This document shows positions 9,527-18,768 of a DNA stretch of 64,000 bases, in pieces. Source of the stretch: an uncultured virus (IMG/VR IMGVR_UViG_3300028797_000105) (taxonomy: Duplodnaviria > Heunggongvirae > Uroviricota > Caudoviricetes); the IMG/VR virus record IMGVR_UViG_3300028797_000105. One strand, written 5' to 3'. The notes beneath the pieces are model-generated. The model searched no databases. It had not been told where the DNA came from and saw nothing but the letters and a program-made list of their open reading frames with translations. A program made the position numbers and the translations under genes. Position 1 is the stretch's first letter. Each line of letters opens with the position of its first letter.

Positions 9527-9594
9527 CAAAAATACATCTTTTTTCTGAAACGGCGGCACGCTTCAGAAAAAAGTTATCAACAAAATTATGAACA
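9527..9594 (-). promoter_or_regulatory. Host-type promoter with tandem 12-mer, copy 2
   Basis: TATTTTTGC box plus AAGTTATCAACA and a degenerate second unit at offset 44. Confidence 0.75.
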
Positions 9595-9620
9595 GCATTA
9601 TAATGCGGTTATAACGGATT

Positions 9621-10151
9621 TCAATAATAAACAAGTTCCCCGTTATCAACATTCACATCGGCATAAATGTCTTCAATGTAGAACAATACATCGACACCTA
9701 TCGTATGAGGCTCGTCACCATCTTCCTCGTATTCCCTATATTGCACTTTGAATCCTCCAGTGGCTATTGTTGATTTTTTGTCTATCGCATCGTCAATGAG
9801 TTTGACAAGCATATTTTTTATCTCGTCTGTTGTAGGAACTCCGTTTTTAGCACCAGCCCACTTCCAGTCAACACTTTCCATATGGTCGTGGATTTTCTCG
9901 AAGTCCATATTTTCAAGAATTTCCTGCTTTATTGCTGTCTTTAATTTGGAAAGGTTTTTCATATAATGCGTTTCATCGGTGTATGTCTTTGTCTCTGTGT
10001 ATCTGATATGGTTTGCACAGTTGGGACATTTGATTTCGCCGTGTTCAAAATCGGTGTTATAGCACGTGAACTCGCATTTGCATTTCGGACAAACGACATA
10101 TACGTCTTTGCGCTCTATTTCTTCTCCGTCTTTAATAATTTGTATCGCCAT
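9621..10151 (-). CDS. Zinc-ribbon-containing hypothetical protein
   Basis: CPKC...CPNC near the N-terminus. Confidence 0.7.
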   Translation of the reverse strand: MAIQIIKDGEEIERKDVYVVCPKCKCEFTCYNTDFEHGEIKCPNCANHIRYTETKTYTDETHYMKNLSKLKTAIKQEILENMDFEKIHDHMESVDWKWAGAKNGVPTTDEIKNMLVKLIDDAIDKKSTIATGGFKVQYREYEEDGDEPHTIGVDVLFYIEDIYADVNVDNGELVYY

Positions 10152-10278
10152 AGTCTGTTATTTTTTGAAAAAACTCTGTTATAAATATATTGAATGTTTA
10201 TAATGTTGCGGCATTGATTTTTCGGAATACCGCTCATATAAATATATAATAAAAAAGATACGATAATATTTTACAGAT

Positions 10279-12303
10279 ATGGAAAAAAATAAAAAACTTC
10301 TTATCATAGAGCGTGTTTGTGAGGATTTGAAGATTTGTGAAAACGCCACTACGAGTGAGAACATTTATCTTGAGGGCATATTCACGGAGTTCAAGGTCAG
10401 AAACCGAAACGGGCGCATCTATGAGGCATCGGACTTCATTCCGAAAATGAATGAGTTGTTGCCAAAGGTGGCAAACCACACCCTTCTCGGAGAACTTGAC
10501 CATCCGACAAATTTTGACGTTTCCCTAAAGAACGCTTCACACGTTATTGAGAAACTCGAATATGATAAGGCCAACAACCGTGTTATTGGTAAAATCAGAT
10601 TGCTGAACACGGATGCTGGTAAGCAGGCGCAGGCACTTGTCCGTGACGGTATTCCGTTGCACATCTCTTCTCGTGCTGCTGGCAATATCAACCCAAGCAC
10701 TGGGCAGGTTACTTTGGAAAAACTTTTCACTTATGACCTTGTTGCCGACCCAGGTTTTGAAAATGCCGAACTCAAACGAGTGAATGAGGCTTACGGCTAT
10801 GGCGATATGGACAATGTTTACATTTTTGAATATGAAAGCAACGAACCCGAAAAAAATACTATAGAAAATATGAATACAGTAAATGAGAACAACAGCGTAA
10901 AAGTCGCCGATTTTCAAAAGTACACAGAATACATCGCTGGTATTCTTGAAAATCTCAAGGCTTCCGTTTCTGAATTGAAATCACATATCGGAAGCGTGAA
11001 CGAAAGCGCAAGTGCAGTAGAATTGGATTCAAGATTGTCGGAAATCAACAATATGAAATCCTATATGAACTATCTCGCACAGCAAATCCAAAAGACCGCT
11101 AACCACAGCGATTATCTGGCCGAGCAGTTACAAAAGACTTCCGACCACAGCGACTATCTCGCAGAAAGCATTGAAAATGCAATCAACTACAGCGAGTATG
11201 TTGCAGAGCAGGTTGACAAAACCATCAAACACAGCGATTATCTGGCCGAGAAACTTGAACAGAATTTCGCACACAACGATTATCTGGCCGAGAAACTTGA
11301 ACAGAATTTCGCACACAATGATTATCTGGCCGAGAAACTTGAACAGAATTTCGCCCATAACGACTATTTGGCCGAAAGACTGCAAAAGAATTACGACCAT
11401 AACGACTATCTGGCCGAAACAGTTTCGTCAATTTCAGAATACAGCGATTATCTGGCAGAACAGTTGCAGAAAAATTCAGACCACAACGATTACTTGGCTG
11501 AAAAACTTGAACAGAACTTCAAGCACAACGATTACTTGGCTGAAAAACTGAACGAGAACTTTGCACATAATGACTATCTGGCAGAGCAGTTGCAAAAGAA
11601 CTATGACCACAACGACTATCTGGCCGAAAAACTTAACCAGAATTTCAAGCATAATGATTACTTGGCTGAACAACTTGAGAACACAGCCAATAAAGCTGAT
11701 TATATTTGCGAGCAGGCTAACGTTAAACCAATGAGTTCTTTGAACGAAAGCAAAACTTACAGAACGCAGTTCAATGTGGAATCCAACGATGCTTACAAGT
11801 CAGCAATCACCGAAAAATTGGATGCCCTCATCAAAAAGCAGGATGCACAAGTTCCAGAAAACAACTTCTTGTCTTTGCTTTCTGAAAATCGCCAAAACGA
11901 GTTCAACAAACTTGACAGCGATACGCAGGAAATGATTTCAGAGGCTATGAAAACCGCTTGCGTTAAAAACGAGGCACAAGCCAATATGATTTGGAAGAGT
12001 GTTTACGAATCAAAGAAAGGTCTTGATGTTGTAGAGAATATGCCAGAAATTTGTCGTGAGAGATGGAACGCTCTTTCTGACAAGAGAAAGGCTGAAATTC
12101 TCAATGAGGCAAAATTCTACAATCTCAAAACCACAAACGAAATCAACCATTTCTGGGCTACCCGTGATTTGCGTGAAGCCACTCTGGTTGTTGAGAGAGT
12201 TGACACCGATTCCGCAAAAACTTGGAATCGTGACATCAAGGAGCAGGATGACCACATTTCTGGTATCTTGAACCGCACAAAGAAAGGTATTAGGGGTTTC
12301 TAA
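10279..12303 (+). CDS. Prohead core protease (T4 gp21-like) fused to a scaffold-like repeat region
   Basis: YLEGIF, NRNGRIY, LGELDHP, ISSRAAG, TYDLVADPGF; TATAAATA at 10237-10244. Confidence 0.9.
   Translation: MEKNKKLLIIERVCEDLKICENATTSENIYLEGIFTEFKVRNRNGRIYEASDFIPKMNELLPKVANHTLLGELDHPTNFDVSLKNASHVIEKLEYDKANNRVIGKIRLLNTDAGKQAQALVRDGIPLHISSRAAGNINPSTGQVTLEKLFTYDLVADPGFENAELKRVNEAYGYGDMDNVYIFEYESNEPEKNTIENMNTVNENNSVKVADFQKYTEYIAGILENLKASVSELKSHIGSVNESASAVELDSRLSEINNMKSYMNYLAQQIQKTANHSDYLAEQLQKTSDHSDYLAESIENAINYSEYVAEQVDKTIKHSDYLAEKLEQNFAHNDYLAEKLEQNFAHNDYLAEKLEQNFAHNDYLAERLQKNYDHNDYLAETVSSISEYSDYLAEQLQKNSDHNDYLAEKLEQNFKHNDYLAEKLNENFAHNDYLAEQLQKNYDHNDYLAEKLNQNFKHNDYLAEQLENTANKADYICEQANVKPMSSLNESKTYRTQFNVESNDAYKSAITEKLDALIKKQDAQVPENNFLSLLSENRQNEFNKLDSDTQEMISEAMKTACVKNEAQANMIWKSVYESKKGLDVVENMPEICRERWNALSDKRKAEILNEAKFYNLKTTNEINHFWATRDLREATLVVERVDTDSAKTWNRDIKEQDDHISGILNRTKKGIRGF
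11062..11715 (+). repeat. 16 tandem 14-codon (42-bp) coding repeats HNDYLAEKLEQNFx
   Basis: Counted directly in the translation; near-identical DNA units at about 11237-11375. Confidence 0.9.
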
Positions 12304-12350
12304 CCTCTAATGCCTACGCTTATGCGCAACAACAATATATTGCTTGAAAA

Positions 12351-12863
12351 ATGACTGAAATAATCGTTGCACTCACTGGTCTTATTGCCGCTTTATTAGG
12401 AACGGGTGGTGTATTGTTCTACAAACAAAACAAACGTTTGCGTGCTGCCGAGGCCGCTGCTATGGAAAAGGATGTTCTCACAAAAGATTTGGAGAACCAG
12501 AAATCCACAAATGATGAATGGATTCGTATCTATGACGAAACCAAAAAAGAATTGACAGTGGCAAGGGAGAAAATCGCAACATTGCAAAACAAACTACAAA
12601 AAGCGATAGAACTTGAGGGTCAGCAAAGACTTGCCATAAACGACTTGACTTGGACTAAATGCGTTGTCAATGAATGTCCTCACAGAAAACCTCCGAGAGA
12701 TTTGGAAGAAAAGCTGAAACAGATAGAAAATATGCACAATGACGTTACTGCTGAACGTAGCATAATGGATATCATAGACGCTGACGGGGATGGCATTCCA
12801 GACAATATGCCGCCAATGCACCCGATGTATCACCCAAGAGGTTTTGAATCCTGCGAGGACTAA
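12351..12863 (+). CDS. Putative lysis membrane protein (holin/spanin-like)
   Basis: N-terminal TM helix plus coiled coil, immediately upstream of the amidase. Confidence 0.55.
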   Translation: MTEIIVALTGLIAALLGTGGVLFYKQNKRLRAAEAAAMEKDVLTKDLENQKSTNDEWIRIYDETKKELTVAREKIATLQNKLQKAIELEGQQRLAINDLTWTKCVVNECPHRKPPRDLEEKLKQIENMHNDVTAERSIMDIIDADGDGIPDNMPPMHPMYHPRGFESCED

Positions 12864-12875
12864 CATATAATTGAA

Positions 12876-13502
12876 ATGGAAATAAGGAAAGCGAACCTTA
12901 CATTTAAAAATGCCTTGTCAAAAAGGAAAACCACAACGGAAATCATACTCCATTGTTCGGCATCAAAAGAAGGCGTGGACTATACGGTAAACGCTGTTCA
13001 CAATCTTCATTTGAAAAAGGGGTGGTCTGGAATAGGTTACAACTATTATATAGACATACACGGCGTTATTTGGGAAGGCAGACCAGAAGATTGTGTAGGT
13101 GCTCACGTTTCTGGGCATAATTCAAAATCAATCGGTGTCTGCTATTGCGGTGGTCTTGACAAGAATGGAAAGGCCAAAGATACCCGTAACGAGAAACAGC
13201 TGAAGTCTATGATAGAACTTTGCAAATACTTGCACAAGAAATATCCAGCAGCGACTTTCCACGGCCATTACGAATTTGACAATAAGGCTTGCCCTTGTTT
13301 CAAAGTTAAGGATTGGATTGATTCCATAGACCTTGATGATAAGAATGTGAAACCGACCGTTCAAACGGAAACACAAAAACCAGTAACTACGCAGTCAACG
13401 CAAACGGCAAAGCCAAGTGGCGGGACAAACAAAGATACTGGGAAAATACAAACGAGCATTTGCTGTAATATCATATCATATTTGAAACGTCTGTTTTCAT
13501 AA
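12876..13502 (+). CDS. N-acetylmuramoyl-L-alanine amidase endolysin (T7 lysozyme-like)
   Basis: IILHCSA, WSGIGYNY, GAHVSGHN, SIGVCYCGG, GHYEFDNKACP. Confidence 0.93.
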   Translation: MEIRKANLTFKNALSKRKTTTEIILHCSASKEGVDYTVNAVHNLHLKKGWSGIGYNYYIDIHGVIWEGRPEDCVGAHVSGHNSKSIGVCYCGGLDKNGKAKDTRNEKQLKSMIELCKYLHKKYPAATFHGHYEFDNKACPCFKVKDWIDSIDLDDKNVKPTVQTETQKPVTTQSTQTAKPSGGTNKDTGKIQTSICCNIISYLKRLFS

Positions 13503-13534
13503 AAAAAGGCTGATTTGAAAAAATCAGCCTTTTT
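13501..13534. terminator. Bidirectional terminator
   Basis: AAAAAAAGGCTGATTT-GAAA-AAATCAGCCTTTTT. Confidence 0.85.
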
Positions 13535-13557
13535 CGTATTATGGAATTTGAGTACGC

Positions 13558-14451
13558 TTATTGCTTTGCTGCGTTTCTTGTGGCAAGGCGTTTTGTTACG
13601 ACCTTGTTCGTCTTTCCTTTCAGATTGTCAATGTATGTGATGGCCGTGTCAAAAATCAAATCCCATTGGGAAGTGTTCTGGTGTTCCATCTTCATAAGGT
13701 TGGTTGCGTAGATGGTGTCACGCTTTCTGGTCATAATGTTCACCAAATCCTTGATGTTTATCTTTTCACGATTTCTTGACCAAGATTCGGTGATTGCGTT
13801 GATATGGCGACCTTTGTGTTTCAAACCGAATGAGTCAAGGATTTTGATGATTTCATCGTGCAGGGCGGATGCTTGCTCAATCTCTTTTTCGTTGATTTTC
13901 AGAGTTCCGTTACGCAACTCCGTGTATTGTGTTTTCTGCTTGATGATTGTGGCAGCATAACCGAGTTTGATTGCACCCTTGTTGTTGGTGAGTTCGTGGG
14001 ATTTTCCGAACTCTGCAAGTTTGATATAGTTCTCGTTGCCGTCCTTGATTTCCATACCGACATAATCTTCCATATACCAGCTTCTCTTACGCTGCTTGTC
14101 TTTGATAATGTCAATTTCTTTTTCCTCTGGAATGTTGAGGTAATACACTTTGATTTTTGAATCCTTCGGAATAGAACCGTCATTGATTGCGTACTTGAAC
14201 GCCGCAAGTCTGTGCTGGCCGTCAATAACATTTCCAGTTACGACATTGACCTCAATCGGAGAGAGGTATTTGAGCGTGTCGGCGGAAACGATGCCTTTCT
14301 TGATGTCTTTTACGTGTTTTTCGCAAAGGTCTCTGTTGAGGTGGTGGTCTTTGAAACGATTTACGGTTTCAAATGATGCGTCACGGACAGTTCCAGCGAG
14401 AGATTCGCAAAACACACTTTCTTTTTTTACTTGTACAGCTTTCTTTTTCAT
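13558..14451 (-). CDS. ParB/Srx-like N-terminal domain protein
   Basis: NR...HV motif, PIEV, VIDGQHRLAA. Confidence 0.75.
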   Translation of the reverse strand: MKKKAVQVKKESVFCESLAGTVRDASFETVNRFKDHHLNRDLCEKHVKDIKKGIVSADTLKYLSPIEVNVVTGNVIDGQHRLAAFKYAINDGSIPKDSKIKVYYLNIPEEKEIDIIKDKQRKRSWYMEDYVGMEIKDGNENYIKLAEFGKSHELTNNKGAIKLGYAATIIKQKTQYTELRNGTLKINEKEIEQASALHDEIIKILDSFGLKHKGRHINAITESWSRNREKINIKDLVNIMTRKRDTIYATNLMKMEHQNTSQWDLIFDTAITYIDNLKGKTNKVVTKRLATRNAAKQ

Positions 14452-14496
14452 AATTGTTATTTTTTAAAGGTTTTTGATTATAAAAATGGGTTTATA

Positions 14497-14778
14497 ACAG
14501 TTCATTGAAATTTTAATAAAATCTATTAAAATGTGATAAATTAACTTGTATAAATATATTAAGTTCTTTGATGTATTGGTATTGTGGTTGGTCACGAAAC
14601 ACATTGCTTGTGACCGTAAAACCAAGAAAGTATATTCAAGTAGGTGGTCGTACCACCGAATTTACGCTTGTGGACTGTCCAACTGCGGATGACCGTCTGA
14701 ACAGACCTAAAAAGCAGTGGCAGGTTGAAGCAAGAAAGAAAAACTGATAATTTCATTTTATTAGATTTTTCTATACGG
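14497..14778 (+). mobile_element. Non-autonomous mini-element of the IS200/IS605 or IS607 type: tnpB 3' tail plus right end/omega-RNA-like region, no transposase or nuclease
   Basis: Frame 14571-14747 includes the TnpB-tail-like VGGRTTEFTLVDCPTADDR; hairpins GGTCAC..GTGACC, GGTGGT-CGT-ACCACC, GTCTG-AA-CAGAC; promoter-to-ATG spacing about 300 nt longer than at sister promoters; ends uncertain. Confidence 0.6.
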
Positions 14779-14804
14779 TTTGTTTATCAATCAATTCAAC
14801 GATG

Positions 14805-14872
14805 CAAAAATACAAAGATTTTTGATATAGTCAATATCTTTTTTCAAAAAGTTATCAACAAAGTTATCAACA
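14805..14872 (-). promoter_or_regulatory. Host-type promoter with tandem 12-mer, copy 3
   Basis: TATTTTTGC plus (AAGTTATCAACA)x2 at offset 44. Confidence 0.75.
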
Positions 14873-14948
14873 AATAAATTGTGGATTATCCTTGCAAATA
14901 CAGCGATAAAGCATAATGCTTGCTGTTTATTGTTGCAAACACAACAAT

Positions 14949-14978
14949 AAAAAAGGACTGCTTTTTGGCAGTCCTTTC
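14949..14978. terminator. Terminator after the polB operon
   Basis: AAAGGACTGC-TTTTTG-GCAGTCCTTT. Confidence 0.75.
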
Positions 14979-14980
14979 TG

Positions 14981-16456
14981 TTATGCAACGATTTTTTCGT
15001 ATTCGGCAAGTGCTTCCTCATCGCTCAAATCTGTCCGTTTGAGCAAATCTTCAAGCAACCTTGATTTGATTGCCGCATTGACGGCTGTTTTCTTGTACGC
15101 CTTCCTCTGGTTGTAAACCTCCCCTACAAGTGTGCTGAACACGCCAGCATCTTTCAAGAACACGCAACCGCTTTCCGATACGATATATCCTTCCGCAAGT
15201 TTCTGACGTTTGCCTTCAATGTCTTCCTCGTCAAGTTTCATCAAGAATGTTTCTGGACTTAAATTCAGTTCTCGGATGATATTCGGATAAAGGCTCGCAA
15301 AGTCATTGCAGATACAGAATCTATGGTAGCCGACAATGGGTTGCTTGACGTATGCGCCTTCATAGCCTTCCTGCTTGTTGTCTTTGTTCACGACTGGCAG
15401 AACTCTGTCCCTCTTGTAATAGTTTCTTGCAAGAATACTTTCTGTAAGTGTTACGGGTGAGAACATTCTTGGCGTAGGGCATTTTGCTATATAAGTCAGC
15501 GTGTTTCCGATTGATGACACACCGAGTTTCTCGTGAAGCATTTCAACAAGTGCACAGTCGATTGCGTTGTAATACACATAGTCCTTGAAACTGCGCTCAT
15601 ACAAATCATCAAGCGTTCCGTCATAGTGTACTTTCTTTACACCGAGCACATCCTCGCCCGCTTGGTCTAACTTCAAGTTTTCTTTTTGTGAAACGGAAGT
15701 GTCCCATTTGGAATAACATTCCATATAGTCAAGTATGCAGACGTGCGCTGGCATATTCTTGTCCTTTCCGATAAGTTTCTTTATCGGTGATGCGTTTTCC
15801 ATAGGAATATTCAAACGCTTGCATCTGTTGGAAATATATTTCCAGTCAAATTCAACGAAGTTCCAACCGCTCATAACGGGGAATTTGCGAACCATATTAT
15901 ATAGAAAATGTTTCAGCATAGACGTTTCGTCTGGAAAACATCTGAACTGGAATTTGAAGTTCACACCAAACGGCTTTGTATGGTTGGTTATGTCTATCTG
16001 AATTTGCTGACGCTCGTGCGGTGTCAAATCCTTTTCCGAACTTAACACAATCACGCCACGGTTTGGCGTGGCCACACCAATAAGCGTTATCGGCATACGT
16101 GCCTCCTCCGCAGATTCCTTGACTGTGAGCGTTGGGTCAATCTTTGTTTCAATATCGACAAAGTATGTCTGCGGCAATGCGTATTCAAAGATTTCATCAT
16201 ACATATTTTTCGGCAGGTCATCAAGTATCTCCGCCATTCTGAATCCAGACAATTTTGTCGCTGGCTTTCGTAACACGGCCTTGCCGTCCCAACTCTTATA
16301 TTTTTTGTCGGCTTTCGCCATATTGTGCGGTTTGCAATATTCCCAGTTGAACATCTGGTCATCGTTCAACGGAATGTTTTTGACTTGTGTCTTACCGCTC
16401 TTGTCAAAATAAGACACGCTTAAAGTTTTTCCTATTTGCATATAATCCATTAACAT
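14981..16456 (-). CDS. Family B DNA polymerase fragment 1 (3'-5' exonuclease, motif A, first finger helix)
   Basis: ExoI VDIET, ExoII GWNFVEFDWKY, ExoIII YNAID, YEGAYV, DFASLYP, YNQRKAYK. Confidence 0.93.
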   Translation of the reverse strand: MLMDYMQIGKTLSVSYFDKSGKTQVKNIPLNDDQMFNWEYCKPHNMAKADKKYKSWDGKAVLRKPATKLSGFRMAEILDDLPKNMYDEIFEYALPQTYFVDIETKIDPTLTVKESAEEARMPITLIGVATPNRGVIVLSSEKDLTPHERQQIQIDITNHTKPFGVNFKFQFRCFPDETSMLKHFLYNMVRKFPVMSGWNFVEFDWKYISNRCKRLNIPMENASPIKKLIGKDKNMPAHVCILDYMECYSKWDTSVSQKENLKLDQAGEDVLGVKKVHYDGTLDDLYERSFKDYVYYNAIDCALVEMLHEKLGVSSIGNTLTYIAKCPTPRMFSPVTLTESILARNYYKRDRVLPVVNKDNKQEGYEGAYVKQPIVGYHRFCICNDFASLYPNIIRELNLSPETFLMKLDEEDIEGKRQKLAEGYIVSESGCVFLKDAGVFSTLVGEVYNQRKAYKKTAVNAAIKSRLLEDLLKRTDLSDEEALAEYEKIVA

Positions 16457-16470
16457 AGCAGTCTCCTTTC

Positions 16471-17586
16471 TTAAAATAATGCTGATTTGCTCAAAATAAT
16501 CAAGTCGTTTGGAATCTCATCATAACCGAGTGCTTTGACAATTCGGTTTATGGGGTTGAGTATTGTCTTGGCGAACATAGTTTCTATATCTGGGTCTGGT
16601 GCGAACTCTATGGGGTGGTTGCCTGGGTCGTAGGCGAACATTTCAGATGTCTGCCCCTTGCAGTAATAGTATTTGCACTTATTTCCCTCGGTAAGCCGTG
16701 AATACTTAACCTTGTATTGCTTGTTGCGTTCAAGCAGGTAATTGTAGTATGCGATACCCTTTGTTGTGATGGGCGTTCCCTTTTTCATAACAAGTTCCTT
16801 GGTATCGTCAAGAATCCATTTCATATAGCCAGTAGCCTTTTTGTTCCAGCAGATGTCATCAATGTTTGTCAGTTTCATTTCCTCTTTTATCTTTTTGAGT
16901 TCGGAAACGAAGTCCTTGATGTCAAATGTGTCACGCTCAAATATCCATTTCACAAGATAGTTCAATTTCTTTCTTGCAAATGTCGGACTTGATGCTTGTA
17001 TGAGTTCGACACCCTTTGACTTGATTTTGCTGAAATTGTCAAGTATGTCCTGCCTTGGCATAGAGTCTGTCCATCGTATGTTTTGCATATACTTCTTTTT
17101 GGACAACCAGATACCAGCGTCAGAGTAGGTTTCAAGCTCAAAGTTAAGATAGTTGTCTGCGTTGATGTTTTTGGCATAACGCTCAAATATGGATTTGAAA
17201 TAGTCTGACAAAAACACGTCATCAAGAAGAATTGCAAAATCCTTCGGTTCTCCCCTAACGGCTTTTATGTCGTATGATTCAACATCTTCGCTGTCAAGTT
17301 TGAAATAGTCAATAACATACTCCTTGCTTTTTGCGCCACAAAATTTTGTGGATAATGTTTTGCCGTCTTTGTATTTTGCCGAAATCGACCAGTTTGTTTT
17401 GGGATGCATACCCCAGTCCGTTGTTGATATAATTTCGTCAAGTTGAGAATATACTGAATTGTGAACAAGTATATCGTTTGCTATAAATGTGTGTGTATTG
17501 TCATCCATTTCTATGTCATAGACATATTCATTTTCAAATTCTCCAATACACTCTACGCTTTCTATTTCTTCATATGTGCTTTTCAT
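16471..17586 (-). CDS. Family B DNA polymerase fragment 3 (43-aa C-intein, rest of palm, thumb)
   Basis: YVYDIEM..HTFIANDILVHN/SVY; FELE, KKKY, KSKGVELIQASSP. Confidence 0.92.
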   Translation of the reverse strand: MKSTYEEIESVECIGEFENEYVYDIEMDDNTHTFIANDILVHNSVYSQLDEIISTTDWGMHPKTNWSISAKYKDGKTLSTKFCGAKSKEYVIDYFKLDSEDVESYDIKAVRGEPKDFAILLDDVFLSDYFKSIFERYAKNINADNYLNFELETYSDAGIWLSKKKYMQNIRWTDSMPRQDILDNFSKIKSKGVELIQASSPTFARKKLNYLVKWIFERDTFDIKDFVSELKKIKEEMKLTNIDDICWNKKATGYMKWILDDTKELVMKKGTPITTKGIAYYNYLLERNKQYKVKYSRLTEGNKCKYYYCKGQTSEMFAYDPGNHPIEFAPDPDIETMFAKTILNPINRIVKALGYDEIPNDLIILSKSALF

Positions 17587-18727
17587 TTTTACGCTGTTTA
17601 ATAAAGTTAATAATGTTGTTTTTTGTTAATTCGTCATTCATATCAGATTCCCATACTATGAATATGTCAAACCCCATTCTTTTTATGGCATTTATTTTTG
17701 TTTCATCATTTTTCCAAATTTCTTTTGCTGTTTTGTCGGTATACCAAAAGTTTGAAAAATTGGGTTCATAAAATTTTGGATTTGCGTGAAAAAAATCACC
17801 ATTAAATTCAATAGCAATTTTTAAGTCATAAATGAGAAAATCAATGAAATAATAATTTTTTGTTTGTTTATCATAGAATCCAAATTCTTTCTCTTTGCCA
17901 TAATATAATTTTAATCCATCAAACAAATCTTTATTATCATCTATCAGTTTTTGGAAGAAATTTGTTGCCATATTTGAAACAAATTTTGGATGCCGTTTTA
18001 TTGCGTCTTCGTATTTTGCAACACCTTCATTTTCACCATATCGAGTTATATAGTTTTCAAGAGATGTGCTCTTTTTCTTACATAAAGACTCCCAATATTC
18101 CAACCCATATTTTTCAATAACATATTCCTTTGATTTTGTCATACGTTGTTTTTCAACATATGCGTTATATATTTTTACGCCATTTTCTTTACCGTATTTC
18201 TCTATCAAATTATCTAATGTTACTGCACGTGATTTGTTATAATTTGAAAAATCATTAATGCTCCATCCATACTTTTTACTTTTATATTCAAATGTATTGG
18301 TGTATGCTTGTTTTTTTCTATATTCTTCAAACAGTTGGCTTCCTAAAGTTTCTCCGTATTTTTTAATGAAATTGTTTAATGTTATTGATTTGTTTTGATT
18401 TACTTTCTTTATAATATCATCTGATACATCAAAACCATATGCTGTGAATTTATTGCACGTGTTGAATATTCTTCCGACATTTTTATCTGAAAAATCGTTA
18501 TATTTTTCACACATACATTTTTCACATACGGTTAATTTATATTGTTGTCCAAGAATCATTTTGCTTGTCTTGTATGTCGTACCAATATATTTTATTGTAT
18601 TTTTGTTTACGTATGCTTTTGTGTTTTTGTACCAGATTGATTTTCCACAAATTCTACAATAAACAGCATCACCGTCAAATTTCTTTTGCATTTCTGTTAA
18701 TTCGTCTTGCGTTATATCTTTTTTCAT
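17570..18727 (-). CDS. Free-standing homing endonuclease (Vsr/DUF559-like C-domain, KYG repeats)
   Basis: FIDF..IAIEFNGDFFHANP..IVWESD; KYG-repeat N-region; lower GC; sits between the intein halves; TATAAATA at 18743-18750. Confidence 0.85.
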   Translation of the reverse strand: MKKDITQDELTEMQKKFDGDAVYCRICGKSIWYKNTKAYVNKNTIKYIGTTYKTSKMILGQQYKLTVCEKCMCEKYNDFSDKNVGRIFNTCNKFTAYGFDVSDDIIKKVNQNKSITLNNFIKKYGETLGSQLFEEYRKKQAYTNTFEYKSKKYGWSINDFSNYNKSRAVTLDNLIEKYGKENGVKIYNAYVEKQRMTKSKEYVIEKYGLEYWESLCKKKSTSLENYITRYGENEGVAKYEDAIKRHPKFVSNMATNFFQKLIDDNKDLFDGLKLYYGKEKEFGFYDKQTKNYYFIDFLIYDLKIAIEFNGDFFHANPKFYEPNFSNFWYTDKTAKEIWKNDETKINAIKRMGFDIFIVWESDMNDELTKNNIINFIKQRKNEKHI

Positions 18728-18768
18728 ATATGTATTTTTATATATTTATAAAGACACGGATTGCAATG

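Noticed and set aside
11062..11715. CRISPR array
   Set aside because: The 42-bp units are contiguous, in-frame coding repeats with synonymous variation and no unique spacers.
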